From an uncultured Candidatus Saccharibacteria bacterium (GTDB taxonomy: Bacteria > Patescibacteriota > Saccharimonadia > CAZBQI01): a stretch of 64,000 bases of DNA. Below, piece by piece: positions 20,171 through 30,465 of the stretch. Position numbers and translations under genes: made by a program. The stretch lies in NCBI GenBank assembly GCA_964494105.1, contig CAZBQI010000002.1:18936-82935 (forward strand). The letters run 5' to 3'. The notes below the pieces were generated by a model. It was not told the DNA's origin. It saw only the letters and a list, made by a program, of their open reading frames with translations, and did not search any database. Position 1 is the stretch's first letter; every line of letters starts with the position of its first letter.

Positions 20171-21958
20171 CTAGTCCTTTTTCAAAAGCACCATGAATGC
20201 TTCTGGCGGAATCTCTACTTTGCCAATTTTCTTTAATCGCTTCTTGCCCTTTTTTTGCTTATCGAGTAGCTTATTTTTACGAGATACGTCACCGCCATAT
20301 AATTTAGCTGTTACGTTTTTGCCAAGTGCACGAATATCCTCTCGGGCAATAATTTTGCCACCAATCGCCGCCTGTAAGCTTACTTCGTATAGCTGTCGCG
20401 GAATAACATCCTTAAGCTTTGTGAGCGTCGCCCGACCCCGGCGCTCGGCTTCCGTCCGATGAATAATCTGACTAAGGCTATCGACAACCTCACCACCAAC
20501 CAGTATGTCTAGCCTGATCAAGTTTTCGGCACGATAGCCACTAATGTCGTAGCTAAAGGAGCCATACCCGCTAGTAGAGCTCTTTAAGTTATCATAAAAA
20601 TCTGTCAAAACATTGGCCAGCGGTGCTTCGAAAGAAATTAGTGCAGTAGACTCATCAAGATAGCTCAAATTATTTTGATGTCCACGTACATCATTTATTA
20701 GTCCTAGCACATTTCCGCTAAATTCCTTCGGCACGATTATTTCGCCTTTTATCCAGGGTTCTTTGATCTCAGTTATACGACTAACATCCGGCAACTCACT
20801 GGCTGCGCGAATGTCTAGCTGTCCACCATTGCTAACCAAAACCTTATAGTCTGTCGAAGGATTAGTAACAATAAGCTCAAGACCAAATTCACGCTCTAAG
20901 CGCTCTTTGACTATGTCGAGGTGCAATAGTCCTAAGAATCCAATCCTGAAGCCAAAACCGAGTACAGATGAGCTTTCCGGCGAATATTGCAATGAGGCAT
21001 CATTAAGCTTTAGCTTTTCTATAGCTTCTTTAAGCTGTTGGTGTTGCTCGCCGGTACTGGGGAAGAACCCGGCATATACGAATGGATGAATCGCGCTATA
21101 ACCCGGCAAGGGCATCGTCGCCGGACTAGAACGTAGCGTAAGTGTATCTCCGACTCTAGCCTCTGTAACGGACTTAAAATTGCTGACTACATACCCAATT
21201 TCCCCTGTCAAAAGTTCCTTTTCTGCAATTTGCTGAGGGTGAAAAATTCCTACTTCAATCGCCTCGCCAGTTGTTTTTGCGCCCATCATGGTAACGGAGT
21301 TCGCTGTACTTAACTTTCCATCCACGATGCGTACGTATAAAATCACTCCTCGGTATTCGTCGTAGATAGAATCAAACACCAGTGCTCGCAAGTTACTGTT
21401 TTGCTCACCTTTTGGTTGCGGGATATCTGCGATAAGCCGCTTCAAAATTTCCTCAACCCCTTGACCGGTCTTGGCAGAAATCGCTATTACCTCCTCTGTC
21501 TTGCAGCCAAGTAGGTTTACTAAATCTGCAGTTACCCGCTCAGGCTCAGCCGCAGGTAGGTCGATCTTATTGATGACAGGTATAATTTCCAAACCCGCCT
21601 CAATAGCCAAGTATACGTTGGCTAGTGTTTGCGCCTGTATTCCTTGAGCAGCGTCAACTACCAAAATCGCCCCTTCGCAAGCTGCCAACGAACGCGAAAC
21701 CTCGTAGCTAAAATCTACATGCCCAGGTGTATCAATTAAGTTAAGTTGGTAACCGTGCCAAAACATGCGAACCGGCTGAAGCTTTATCGTAATTCCGCGC
21801 TCTCTCTCTAGATCCATCGAATCCAATAGTTGGGCTTTCATTTCACGCTTACTTACCGTGCCGGTAGTCTCTAGTAAGCGATCAGCTAGCGTTGATTTGC
21901 CATGATCTATATGGGCTATTATGCAAAAATTGCGAATTTTATTTAATGAATCAGACAT
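20171..21958 (-). CDS. lepA: elongation factor 4 (LepA)
   Basis: N-terminal IRNFCIIAHIDHGKSTLADRL, DTPGHVDF, NKIDL, and the LepA-specific C-terminal domain. 595 aa. Confidence 0.95.
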   Translation of the reverse strand: MSDSLNKIRNFCIIAHIDHGKSTLADRLLETTGTVSKREMKAQLLDSMDLERERGITIKLQPVRMFWHGYQLNLIDTPGHVDFSYEVSRSLAACEGAILVVDAAQGIQAQTLANVYLAIEAGLEIIPVINKIDLPAAEPERVTADLVNLLGCKTEEVIAISAKTGQGVEEILKRLIADIPQPKGEQNSNLRALVFDSIYDEYRGVILYVRIVDGKLSTANSVTMMGAKTTGEAIEVGIFHPQQIAEKELLTGEIGYVVSNFKSVTEARVGDTLTLRSSPATMPLPGYSAIHPFVYAGFFPSTGEQHQQLKEAIEKLKLNDASLQYSPESSSVLGFGFRIGFLGLLHLDIVKERLEREFGLELIVTNPSTDYKVLVSNGGQLDIRAASELPDVSRITEIKEPWIKGEIIVPKEFSGNVLGLINDVRGHQNNLSYLDESTALISFEAPLANVLTDFYDNLKSSTSGYGSFSYDISGYRAENLIRLDILVGGEVVDSLSQIIHRTEAERRGRATLTKLKDVIPRQLYEVSLQAAIGGKIIAREDIRALGKNVTAKLYGGDVSRKNKLLDKQKKGKKRLKKIGKVEIPPEAFMVLLKKD

Positions 21959-21963
21959 AACAG

Positions 21964-23538
21964 CTAAAATTTATCAGCACGAAATATAGCTTTGTGCACT
22001 TTGTCGGTAACCATTCGTGCCTCCGGCAGCTTAAGGACTATACTTATTCCCAAGTATGAAATTCCGGCAATCAAACATACGGTGAGGAATTTTGGTGCCA
22101 ATATCCAGAATCCTTGATCGCCAGCAAACAGCGGTAAAATACGCGACACCCCTACGTATGTAACTGCTGTCATAAAAACGGTCCCCAAGATAATTTTTAC
22201 GATATGGATAAACAGCTTCTTGTTAATAAAAAACGCATTATATTTGCGCAGCAAAACTAATAATGCGATAGCTTCAAAGGCTGCGACCGCGCTTTGTGCC
22301 ATTGCCAAGCCTTCTACCTGGAAACGTCGGACTAGAACGATAGCCAAAATAACATTAAGAGTAATTGTTGCCAGACTAACGAGAAGTGGAGTCTTTGTGT
22401 CCTGATAAGCATAGAATACCCTAGAGACAGACCGAATTAGCGACTGAAAGATAATTGCGACAGCAAACCAACCTAGCACCGCAGCGGTGGTAGGATCTCC
22501 AAATCCCAGTACTAAACGTACAATGTAGCCCCGCAAAATTAAGGTTAGCGCAGCTACAGGTATTACCATCCAAAGCAGCGCCTCGACTGTCTTGCGCATC
22601 TGAGATTTGAGTCCACTGGTATTGGAACTTGCCGCTTGGTGAGAAATTGTTGGGAACACTGCCGTTGCTATGGCCGTGCCAATTAGTGCGATTGGTACAT
22701 TTTTTATGTTAAAGCCATACTGATAGGCGGTTATGCTGCCAACAGCTAAGCCAGAGGCAATCGCTCGCTCAATAACTGCAGTCAAATAAATAATTCCTTC
22801 GTTTAGAGAACGCGGAACTATTAAAACTAAAACTTTGCGAAACCCTTTATTCTTCCAAAATATCTTTGGTTCATACTTAAATCCTAAGCCAACCAGCCCT
22901 AGGCTCTGAACAATCAACTGCAAACCAGCACCCGCCAATACGCCAACGGCCACACCAGTTATGCCATAGATAGGGGTCAACACAACAATGCCAAAAATTA
23001 TTCCAAGGTTATAGATTACCGGTGCCAACGCATAGAAAAAGAATCGGCCAAAGGTTTGCTGCATACTGGCAAAAACAGTTGAAAGCGAAAATAGAAACGG
23101 ATTCAGCGCAATAATTCGCGTGAGCTCAACGGCAGTATCATGACGAGCAGCATCGAATGCTGGTGCGACCACGTAAATTAATTGATCCGCAAATACAAAA
23201 ATTAGAACACTGCCAATAAGTGTAATTATCCCCAAAAAATTAAAGATGCTAGAGGCCAGTTCCCAAGCGGACTTTTTATTGTGATGAACTAACCGCTCGG
23301 TAAAAACCGGGATAAAAGTAACACTCAGAGCTCCAGAAACAAGCAAGTAAAACATAAGGTCCGGCATAGAAAAAGCAGCAAAGTAAGCATCTAGAGTACC
23401 ACCAATACCAAATTGGGCAGCCAGCAGTCGATCCCTTAGTAAGCCGAGTATAGCGCTGGCAAAATATGATGCCGCCAATAGCGCCGCAGCGTTGCCAACT
23501 GTTATTTTGGCATTGGCTCGGGTGATAATGTTTTTCAT
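21964..23538 (-). CDS. murJ: lipid II flippase MurJ
   Basis: About 14 TM helices. The start was trimmed to the internal ATG (MKNIITRAN...LLAASYFASAILGLLRDRLLAAQFG), because the listed 560 aa ORF has an unlikely N-terminal extension. Confidence 0.85.
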   Translation of the reverse strand: MKNIITRANAKITVGNAAALLAASYFASAILGLLRDRLLAAQFGIGGTLDAYFAAFSMPDLMFYLLVSGALSVTFIPVFTERLVHHNKKSAWELASSIFNFLGIITLIGSVLIFVFADQLIYVVAPAFDAARHDTAVELTRIIALNPFLFSLSTVFASMQQTFGRFFFYALAPVIYNLGIIFGIVVLTPIYGITGVAVGVLAGAGLQLIVQSLGLVGLGFKYEPKIFWKNKGFRKVLVLIVPRSLNEGIIYLTAVIERAIASGLAVGSITAYQYGFNIKNVPIALIGTAIATAVFPTISHQAASSNTSGLKSQMRKTVEALLWMVIPVAALTLILRGYIVRLVLGFGDPTTAAVLGWFAVAIIFQSLIRSVSRVFYAYQDTKTPLLVSLATITLNVILAIVLVRRFQVEGLAMAQSAVAAFEAIALLVLLRKYNAFFINKKLFIHIVKIILGTVFMTAVTYVGVSRILPLFAGDQGFWILAPKFLTVCLIAGISYLGISIVLKLPEARMVTDKVHKAIFRADKF

Positions 23539-23586
23539 CTTATAGGTATTATACAGAGACTGCACTCGGGGTGATACTATAAAAGT

Positions 23587-24108
23587 ATGATTACTCATCA
23601 AGGATTCAGGCTTAACTACTGTCCAAGCTGTAAGGCTAAGCTTCAATTAGGACCTATTCGCGATAGTGTCGAATGCCCAATCGAAAATAAAATACTTTTT
23701 ATCAACCCTGCGCCATGCATCAATGTATACATAATGAAGAATAAGCATGTTTTGCTTGGGAAAAGGGCTATCGACCCGTTTAAAGGCTCTATTGATGTTA
23801 TTGGTGGCTTTGTTGACAGAAATGAAAGCGTAGAAGAGACTGTTAGGCGCGAAGCCCTAGAAGAAACCGGTTTAAGCATAGAAATCACAAAATACCTGGG
23901 TAGTGCTTACGATACCTATGGTCAAGCTGATAAACCGCTTGTTTGCATGGCGTTTGTGGCTAGGGTGTTAAATGCCAGCGAAGAACCCAAGGCAAACGAT
24001 GATGTTGCGGATCTTTTCTGGCATCCTCTTAAGGCAGAAATGCCAAAGTTTGAATTTACCAGCGCCAAATTTTTTTACAAATTGCTACAGGCAGAATTAG
24101 CTAGCTGA
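23587..24108 (+). CDS. NUDIX hydrolase with N-terminal zinc ribbon (NudC-like)
   Basis: Nudix box GGFVDRNESVEETVRREALEETGL. N-terminal CPSC...C cysteines. Confidence 0.6.
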   Translation: MITHQGFRLNYCPSCKAKLQLGPIRDSVECPIENKILFINPAPCINVYIMKNKHVLLGKRAIDPFKGSIDVIGGFVDRNESVEETVRREALEETGLSIEITKYLGSAYDTYGQADKPLVCMAFVARVLNASEEPKANDDVADLFWHPLKAEMPKFEFTSAKFFYKLLQAELAS

Positions 24109-25947
24109 TAAACTTGGTGCTTTGCCACTCTTTAAAATAACCTTAATTTCGTCTTCGTCTAGTGTTTCTTTCTTGAGTAGTTCTTTAGCTAGTTTATCAA
24201 GCAATTTTCGATTGGTGCGAATAACTTCTTCGGCTCGTCTAGCGGCCTCTTTTAATAATTTGGCAATTTCCGCATCTATAGTTTCAGCGGTTCGCTCCGA
24301 ATAATCTTTGGTGGCGGCAAATTCCCGATCTATTAAAAACGAGTGCTGGTCATTGCTTAAGAACTGATTTGGTAGTGCACTACTCATACCATATTTTACT
24401 ATCATGTCGCGAGCCAGCTCGGTTGCCTTTTGTAAGTCGTTACTAGCGCCGGTAGTTACGTTGTCTGCGCCATAGACAACTTGCTCGGCCATGCGCCCTC
24501 CAAGTGCTCGTGCCAGCGTGTCTTTAAACTCCAGCACTGAATGGTAATTGCGATCTTCGGTTGGTAGATTCCAAGTCACTCCACCAGTAGCGCCACGGGT
24601 GACAATTGTTACTTTATGTACGGGATCGGAATGAGGCAAAATATGCCCAACAATTGTATGGCCACCTTCATGGTAGGCCGTTAGCTCCTTTTCCTTTTCG
24701 CTCATCACCTTGCTTTTGCGTTCAGGGCCTATCGCTACTTTCTCAAACGCGTCGTCTAAATCTTGATTATTGATTATTTTTCGGTTTCGCCGAGCCGCTA
24801 GAATTGCCGCCTCATTGGTTACATTTGCCAAATCAGCTCCACTCATTCCGGCTGTTTTTGCAGCTAAGGAATCGAGCTTTACATTTTCGCTAACCGGCTT
24901 GTTCTCTAAATGAACCTTAAGTATTGCAAGTCGGTCTTGGCGATCCGGCAAATCTAGTGTTACTTGGCGATCAAATCGTCCTGGCCGTAGTAACGCCGGG
25001 TCAAGCACATCGGCTCGGTTAGTAGCGGCCATTACAATTACATTTGTGCCTTGCTCGAACCCATCCATCTCTACCAGAATTTGGTTAAGAGTTTGCTCGC
25101 GCTCGTCATGCCCACCGCCCATTCCACTACCTCGACGTCGGCCCACTGCATCAATTTCGTCTATGAATATTATGCATGGGGCATTTTTTTTCGCTTTCAT
25201 AAACAAATCACGCACTCGAGAGGCTCCAACCCCAACAAACATTTCCACAAATTCCGACCCTGAAATATTAAAGAATGGCACTCCTGCCTCACCGGCAACC
25301 GCTCGCGCTAGCATAGTCTTTCCCGTTCCGGGAGGGCCAACCATTAGTACTCCTTTTGGAATACGTGCGCCTACGCTTTGAAATTTCTTTGGGTATTTCA
25401 GAAACTCAACAATTTCCTGCAACTCTTCTTTTGGCTCGATTGCCCCGGCAACATCTTTAAACTTAATTTTTTCTTTCTCGTTACCAAATACACGGGCTTT
25501 GCTTTTACCAAAACCCATAGCTTGATTATTACTACCTTGAGCCTGACGCATCATAAAGTAAAAGAAACCCATTATTAAGAAGATCGGCAAAAGCGACACA
25601 AAGAAGATGTCTGTCCAGCGACCGTTTGAATCGCTCGGGTTTTTGGTAACAACACTAACCTTAGTAGGATCAATTCCATATTCGGTTAAGCTCACGGCCG
25701 GGTCTTCTTTATAAGAAACCAGTTTCTCGGAATTTGGTTCTTTGAGAGTAACTGTCAGTTTATTGCCGGAAACCTCAATCTGCTCGACTTGCCCAGCCTT
25801 TGATTTATTCACAACTTCACTCAAAGAGACTTCTTTGGACTTGTCTTGTGGCATCGAAAGGGCAAGGACTATCAGCACGAAAACAATACTGACAATGATA
25901 AAACTAATATTGCGACTTGGTCGCTTCTTGATAAACTTACTATCCAT
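24097..25947 (-). CDS. ftsH: ATP-dependent zinc metalloprotease FtsH
   Basis: Two TM helices; AAA Walker A GPPGTGKT; SRH; HEGGH zinc site. 616 aa. Confidence 0.95.
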   Translation of the reverse strand: MDSKFIKKRPSRNISFIIVSIVFVLIVLALSMPQDKSKEVSLSEVVNKSKAGQVEQIEVSGNKLTVTLKEPNSEKLVSYKEDPAVSLTEYGIDPTKVSVVTKNPSDSNGRWTDIFFVSLLPIFLIMGFFYFMMRQAQGSNNQAMGFGKSKARVFGNEKEKIKFKDVAGAIEPKEELQEIVEFLKYPKKFQSVGARIPKGVLMVGPPGTGKTMLARAVAGEAGVPFFNISGSEFVEMFVGVGASRVRDLFMKAKKNAPCIIFIDEIDAVGRRRGSGMGGGHDEREQTLNQILVEMDGFEQGTNVIVMAATNRADVLDPALLRPGRFDRQVTLDLPDRQDRLAILKVHLENKPVSENVKLDSLAAKTAGMSGADLANVTNEAAILAARRNRKIINNQDLDDAFEKVAIGPERKSKVMSEKEKELTAYHEGGHTIVGHILPHSDPVHKVTIVTRGATGGVTWNLPTEDRNYHSVLEFKDTLARALGGRMAEQVVYGADNVTTGASNDLQKATELARDMIVKYGMSSALPNQFLSNDQHSFLIDREFAATKDYSERTAETIDAEIAKLLKEAARRAEEVIRTNRKLLDKLAKELLKKETLDEDEIKVILKSGKAPSLSAS

Positions 25948-25967
25948 TTAGAGTAGTATAAAACAAA

Positions 25968-26897
25968 TTAGTTCAAACGCCCATCTTTAGACAAAATAAT
26001 TTCACTGCGTTTCGCTCTTGCATATAGCTTGCCACTAACAGGACATAGCGCATCTAACTTGGCAGTTTTACAAAAATGCGACAAACGCCGTAGTTGCGGT
26101 TTTTGAATTTCAGCGCCGGCGTCCAGCTTGCGTAAACAGTGGTAAAGGAATTCATTTAACAGATCTAAATTCATACTAATAAGTGCATTGCGATCAAGTT
26201 TGATTTGATTACTATCAATAACTCCAATGGCATCAAAGCGCTTTTCTAGTAAGATTTCGATTCTATTACTATCAGCTTCGAGCTCAACCAGTAGCTTTGC
26301 AAATTCAGTCTTAAAGCTAGGCCTGGCTTTCTCAATTTTAGGGATAGTCTTGCGCCGAATGGCATTACGAGCGTAGTTTAAATTACTATTGGTTTGATCT
26401 TCGACCCATTGAAGTTTGTTTTTTTTAGCATATGCCACTATTTCGTCTTTGTAGACATCCCTTAAGGGCCTTAGTAGGTCAGTGTCTTTACTAAACGGAA
26501 TCATCCCTACTCGCCCGGTTCCGCGCTGGATGTTGAACAGAGCCGTTTCGATTCGGTCATCCAGGTGATGAGCCGTAATTATCTTATCTGCCTTATATTT
26601 TTTGCGCATTTGCCGCAAAAATTTATAGCGAGCAACGCGCGCCTTATCCTCGCTGGTTTTCTCTCCCAGTTTGCCTTGAGCGGAAACAAATTCTAGACCA
26701 TAGTTATCTGCTAAACTTTTTACAAGATCTTCGTCCTTACTGGAATCGTCACGAATGCCGTGGTTAAAATGCGCAACAATCAGTTTCCAAGGCCCGGCCT
26801 TGGAAACAAGCAAATCAAGCAGAACTACGGAATCCACACCACCGGAGACCGCCAAAATATACTTACCAGCTACTGGCCAAATTACTTTATTTAACAT
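25968..26897 (-). CDS. tilS: tRNA(Ile)-lysidine synthetase TilS
   Basis: PP-loop SGGVDSVVLLDLL and an N-type ATP pyrophosphatase domain. 309 aa. Confidence 0.9.
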   Translation of the reverse strand: MLNKVIWPVAGKYILAVSGGVDSVVLLDLLVSKAGPWKLIVAHFNHGIRDDSSKDEDLVKSLADNYGLEFVSAQGKLGEKTSEDKARVARYKFLRQMRKKYKADKIITAHHLDDRIETALFNIQRGTGRVGMIPFSKDTDLLRPLRDVYKDEIVAYAKKNKLQWVEDQTNSNLNYARNAIRRKTIPKIEKARPSFKTEFAKLLVELEADSNRIEILLEKRFDAIGVIDSNQIKLDRNALISMNLDLLNEFLYHCLRKLDAGAEIQKPQLRRLSHFCKTAKLDALCPVSGKLYARAKRSEIILSKDGRLN

Positions 26898-27084
26898 TCT
26901 TTTATTATCGTCTATCTGTTTGCTATAAGAAAATGCTCAAGTTTGATCTGGATTCAAAAGACAAAATTTATAGCTAACACATAGTCTGTTTGAAATTTTG
27001 AAAGGAGGGGTGGCGAAAAGTTGATATAATTCTTGTTAATGTAACTCAGCAAGAATAGTGAAAACTATTTGTATATTCCGACTT

Positions 27085-27159
27085 GGTGGCAGTGGGTGGA
27101 TTTGAACCACCGACCAACAGCTTATGAGTCTGCTGCTCTACCGCTGAGCTACACTGCCC
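27085..27159 (-). tRNA. tRNA with CAT anticodon (elongator Met or Ile2/lysidine type)
   Basis: Manual fold: acceptor GGCAGTG/CACTGCC, D-arm GCTC-AGCGGTA-GAGC, anticodon loop CTCATAA, T-arm GGTGG-TTCAAAT-CCACC, CCA encoded. There are no three G-C pairs in the anticodon stem, so it is not an initiator. It lies 187 bp from tilS. Confidence 0.8.
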
Positions 27160-27198
27160 CAACAGCTTAGAATTATAGCAAAGATCGGGTAATATGAA

Positions 27199-27654
27199 TT
27201 ACTGCCCCACACCTTGCAAATTAAAAAACCCATTTACATTAGCACTTGGGTCTAAGTTATTCTCTAAATCTGCTGCAAGAGTATAGCTTTGCCCGTCTGA
27301 CGAATACGTATAGGCTGTTCCTTTTGGATCATTCGGAATCGTGCTCTGATAAGTAGGCACCAGCATAATCAATCCCTCTTCGCTGGTTGGATACCTATTC
27401 TTATCAGACCGATAAGTCTCAAGAGACGTCTTTAAATTTCTAAGATCATTTTTTCGCACATTATCACGTGCACGAGCCTGCGAAGCAAATAGGTTTGGCA
27501 GTGTTAACGCTATCAGGATTGCGATAACCACAATTACGACAATTAATTCAATGATTGTAAACCCCGTATAAGAATTGTGTAAACTTTTTCTTTTTGCAGG
27601 TTTTCGCTTGTTCCCTAACGGTGTAGATCCTTTTTGATTTGTATTCGTTTTCAT
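27199..27654 (-). CDS. type IV pilin/pseudopilin with prepilin-type cleavage/methylation motif and an unusually long basic leader
   Basis: G|FTIIELIVVIVVIAIL is the class III signal with Glu at +5. It is preceded by about 31 aa (MKTNTNQKGSTPLGNKRKPAKRKSLHNSYTG) with no closer in-frame start codon. Confidence 0.65.
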   Translation of the reverse strand: MKTNTNQKGSTPLGNKRKPAKRKSLHNSYTGFTIIELIVVIVVIAILIALTLPNLFASQARARDNVRKNDLRNLKTSLETYRSDKNRYPTSEEGLIMLVPTYQSTIPNDPKGTAYTYSSDGQSYTLAADLENNLDPSANVNGFFNLQGVGQ

Positions 27655-27685
27655 ATACTTACCTTAAGTTGTAATTATAACTAAT

Positions 27686-27846
27686 CAGTCTGACAGTTTA
27701 TACATAAGCCACAAACCAGCTATTCCACCAAGCATACTACCAACGATGCTCCAGGCAGAAAAATAGCTAATACCAAAAAGTCCAGGTATATAGCCGCCAA
27801 TCAAACCACCAGCACCAACACCAAGCAAGAGTAGTCGCTTATTCAT
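27686..27846 (-). CDS. small Gly-rich membrane protein (GlsB/YeaQ/YmgE-like), below the ORF-track size cutoff
   Basis: Translated by hand: MNKRLLLLGVGAGGLIGGYIPGLFGISYFSAWSIVGSMLGGIAGLWLMYKLSD (53 aa), ATG at 27844-27846. Confidence 0.3.
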
Positions 27847-27864
27847 GTCGCAATTTTCGAACGG

Positions 27865-29631
27865 TCACCAGCTACCACCACCGCCGCCACCGCCGCCACC
27901 ACCAGAGAAGCCACCTCCACCACCACCCGAAGATGAACTTTGTGAGGGGGGTGAAAAGTTGCTAGCAACAGCACCGCTAAAATCGCTCGATAAACTCGAA
28001 GCTAGGTAATAGGCACTAAAGTTATGTGTTGGCGAGCCATACCAACTAGTAGCCTCTTCTAGATCCATGCCTTCGAACTGCTTGGCCCACTCTTTTTCTA
28101 CGCCCAAGGCAATAGCGTAGGGCAATAATTTGTTAAACAAATTTGGTGTTTTCTTCGGAGCGTTATGAAATGCCATTCTGTCTTTTTCGGTAACACTTAA
28201 AAACAGTTTTAAGCCCTCAATTTTTGCCCATTCTTGGTAACCGCTTTGGCTATAGGCTGTATAACGCGCCAGAGCAGAACCAAAAATTAAACCGAGAAAA
28301 CCAACAATAAATGACCAAACTACATACCCGCCTTGTACCCCCGCCCCTAATGCAATTACATTAAGTATGCAAAATATTAAAGCCAGCCCTAGCGATAACC
28401 CAATCAACCCCTTTGGCCGTTCTTTTGCGGGTATTTCGGCCGGATAGTATTTTTGAGCTTCGAGATTTTTTTTAAAGGCCACTTTGGCTTGATTGATGGC
28501 GCTCGGGACTTTGGTTTTTGATACGTCCTTAAGCTTGATTTCAGCTTTGCCGTCAAAAATTGCCTCTAGAAGCTTTGTTTCATAATCTACCAAATCCTGC
28601 TTTCCGCTTAAGCGGTAAAAAGTATACTCTGCCTTTTTTATTATTCCGCGTGGCTTTGATTGTTCGATTCTAATATGTCCGCGCCGAGCCAAATCGATCA
28701 GGGTGGCGGTTATCTCTACCATGCTTGAAGAATTATCAATCAAATGGCCAACTTCGCCCGGACTGAGCCCATCCGGAGCATCATATTGAGGAATTATGGT
28801 CTGGGATTTTTTTGCCTGATTGTGGGTATAACTCTTTCGAAGACGGCGACTCAAACCGAATATCAGAGCACCCACCCCCACCACGTAGCCAACAAGTGGA
28901 AAATACTCTTGTGTGGGGCGATTGTTGATAAATAAATAGTTGCTGTACTGGGTAGTGGTGTCATCGGCATAAACTGTTATGCCGGCGTTTGCCGGTAGTT
29001 CTTTCGTGGTCCTCGCCTCGATGGTATTTTGGTCAGACTTTACTTGGCAATTCTGTTGCTGAGTTCCACTTTTCCCGGCATAACACCGCGTTGAATTAAT
29101 GCTTGCACCATCGGGAAACGAAATTTTGCTCTTAGCTTCTCTGATAGGCACCCGCCACTGATCCCCGACAACGTCCCAAATAAAGACGGCTTTATTTTCG
29201 GCCTTTTCCATTACCGGCTCAATGCGATAGGTTATTTGATAGTTGTGAGCACCAGTGATTGTTTTATCAGGGTCCCCTATCCGTAAGTAAAAATAGTTGC
29301 CAGCTCTTTGCTTTTTTACATTCGTAGCTTGGCCATCAACCTTTACATCAATAAGTTCTGCCTTGTAGTAGTAATACCCGCGCCCATCGGCATCGGCAGT
29401 TTTTATCGGAACATACCTTTCTATTCCGTGCCTGGGGAATGAGCCAAAGTTATAAGTTATGTTTTCAGTAATAAGAGCACTCGAGTCAGTAGCTATTTCG
29501 ATTTTGGCATCGTAGCTATCTATGCGCTCAGAATAGTCAGGTATCTCATAGGCTGTCTGCGCATATGCACTGCTGGTAAGTAGACCGCACAAGAGTATGA
29601 CGCTAAAAACTAGCTGCGCAAATCTTCTCAT
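27865..29631 (-). CDS. DUF2207 domain membrane protein with C-terminal poly-Gly tail
   Basis: Signal peptide, a large extracellular domain, TM helices near residues 240 and 400-450, and a C-terminal GGGGGGFSGGGGGGGGGGSW tail, which is characteristic of DUF2207. Confidence 0.7.
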   Translation of the reverse strand: MRRFAQLVFSVILLCGLLTSSAYAQTAYEIPDYSERIDSYDAKIEIATDSSALITENITYNFGSFPRHGIERYVPIKTADADGRGYYYYKAELIDVKVDGQATNVKKQRAGNYFYLRIGDPDKTITGAHNYQITYRIEPVMEKAENKAVFIWDVVGDQWRVPIREAKSKISFPDGASINSTRCYAGKSGTQQQNCQVKSDQNTIEARTTKELPANAGITVYADDTTTQYSNYLFINNRPTQEYFPLVGYVVGVGALIFGLSRRLRKSYTHNQAKKSQTIIPQYDAPDGLSPGEVGHLIDNSSSMVEITATLIDLARRGHIRIEQSKPRGIIKKAEYTFYRLSGKQDLVDYETKLLEAIFDGKAEIKLKDVSKTKVPSAINQAKVAFKKNLEAQKYYPAEIPAKERPKGLIGLSLGLALIFCILNVIALGAGVQGGYVVWSFIVGFLGLIFGSALARYTAYSQSGYQEWAKIEGLKLFLSVTEKDRMAFHNAPKKTPNLFNKLLPYAIALGVEKEWAKQFEGMDLEEATSWYGSPTHNFSAYYLASSLSSDFSGAVASNFSPPSQSSSSGGGGGGFSGGGGGGGGGGSW

Positions 29632-29651
29632 AAGCTTTATTATAGCTTAAA

Positions 29652-30410
29652 CTACGGCCGCAGAGTTCCGGCAAATACTTGCCAGGCCAGCGCACTTTTT
29701 GCTACCAAACTCAATATAATGTACGCCCGCTCGCCATATAGGTAATCCTTCCATTTGCCAACTTTTTTGTATTGCAAAACCATATTGATAGCAAAACAGT
29801 TAAAGAATGCGAAAATCGAAACAAATATCCAGTAAACAAATGTCGGAGGAGCACTACCCTCTTGCGCACTAAAGAAGAAGTAAAGTGCTATTAGAATCCA
29901 TGGCACAATACCAGCAAGACAACCTACCCAGTAGCTGAGCCAATTTGTCTTTGTTGTTGTTTGATTATGCACTTCCATAATTAGTCCACATAGATTCATT
30001 ACAGCAACTAAAGCAAATACGGCAATTAGACTACCAAGATCGTATACACCAACAAGCATAGATATCGCCACCATCATGACAGACGCAGAAATACTGTATT
30101 CAATCCATCGCGCCTTATTAATACCTTTTTGCAAATTTGCTTCGTAGGTTTTTCTATACTTGGTGGCTATCAGCAAATGCGCTGCCGAGGAGAGAAATAG
30201 AAAACCGGCCACCAAAAAAGCTAGTGGAACGGTAAATAACTCTTTAGAAACCGGAACCAAGCTTTGAGTGGCAGTATCAAAATTAAGGTAGCTCGCCGTT
30301 ACTGGCAAACTAAAGTCGGTACTAAGCAGTAGTATCGCCAGTCCTTGCACAAAGTGTAGTGCGGACATTATTAAGTTAAATCTATTGAGTTTGTTTAGTT
30401 TTTCTTGCAT
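29652..30410 (-). CDS. heliorhodopsin
   Basis: From the internal Met (RBS AGGAAG upstream). Near-identical blocks to heliorhodopsin 48C12 as I recall it: RWIEYSISASVMM, GCLAGIVPWILIALYF, and YLYGERAYIILSLVAKSALAWQVFAGTL, the last containing the retinal Schiff-base Lys in helix 7. Confidence 0.85.
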   Translation of the reverse strand: MQEKLNKLNRFNLIMSALHFVQGLAILLLSTDFSLPVTASYLNFDTATQSLVPVSKELFTVPLAFLVAGFLFLSSAAHLLIATKYRKTYEANLQKGINKARWIEYSISASVMMVAISMLVGVYDLGSLIAVFALVAVMNLCGLIMEVHNQTTTKTNWLSYWVGCLAGIVPWILIALYFFFSAQEGSAPPTFVYWIFVSIFAFFNCFAINMVLQYKKVGKWKDYLYGERAYIILSLVAKSALAWQVFAGTLRP

Positions 30411-30465
30411 TATTGTCTTCCTCTTATGCCTATAAATTACAGCCCGCTGAAGCATTTTGCAATCA

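Noticed and set aside
23539-23646. N-terminal 36-aa extension of the murJ ORF
   Set aside because: The extension lacks TM character and would overlap the divergent Nudix gene. The internal ATG gives a canonical MurJ N-terminus.
27085-27159. Assignment of this CAT tRNA specifically as tRNA-Ile2 because tilS is adjacent
   Set aside because: Adjacency is suggestive, but the identity elements (acceptor pairs 4:69 and 5:68) do not clearly match. It is left as Met/Ile2 ambiguous.
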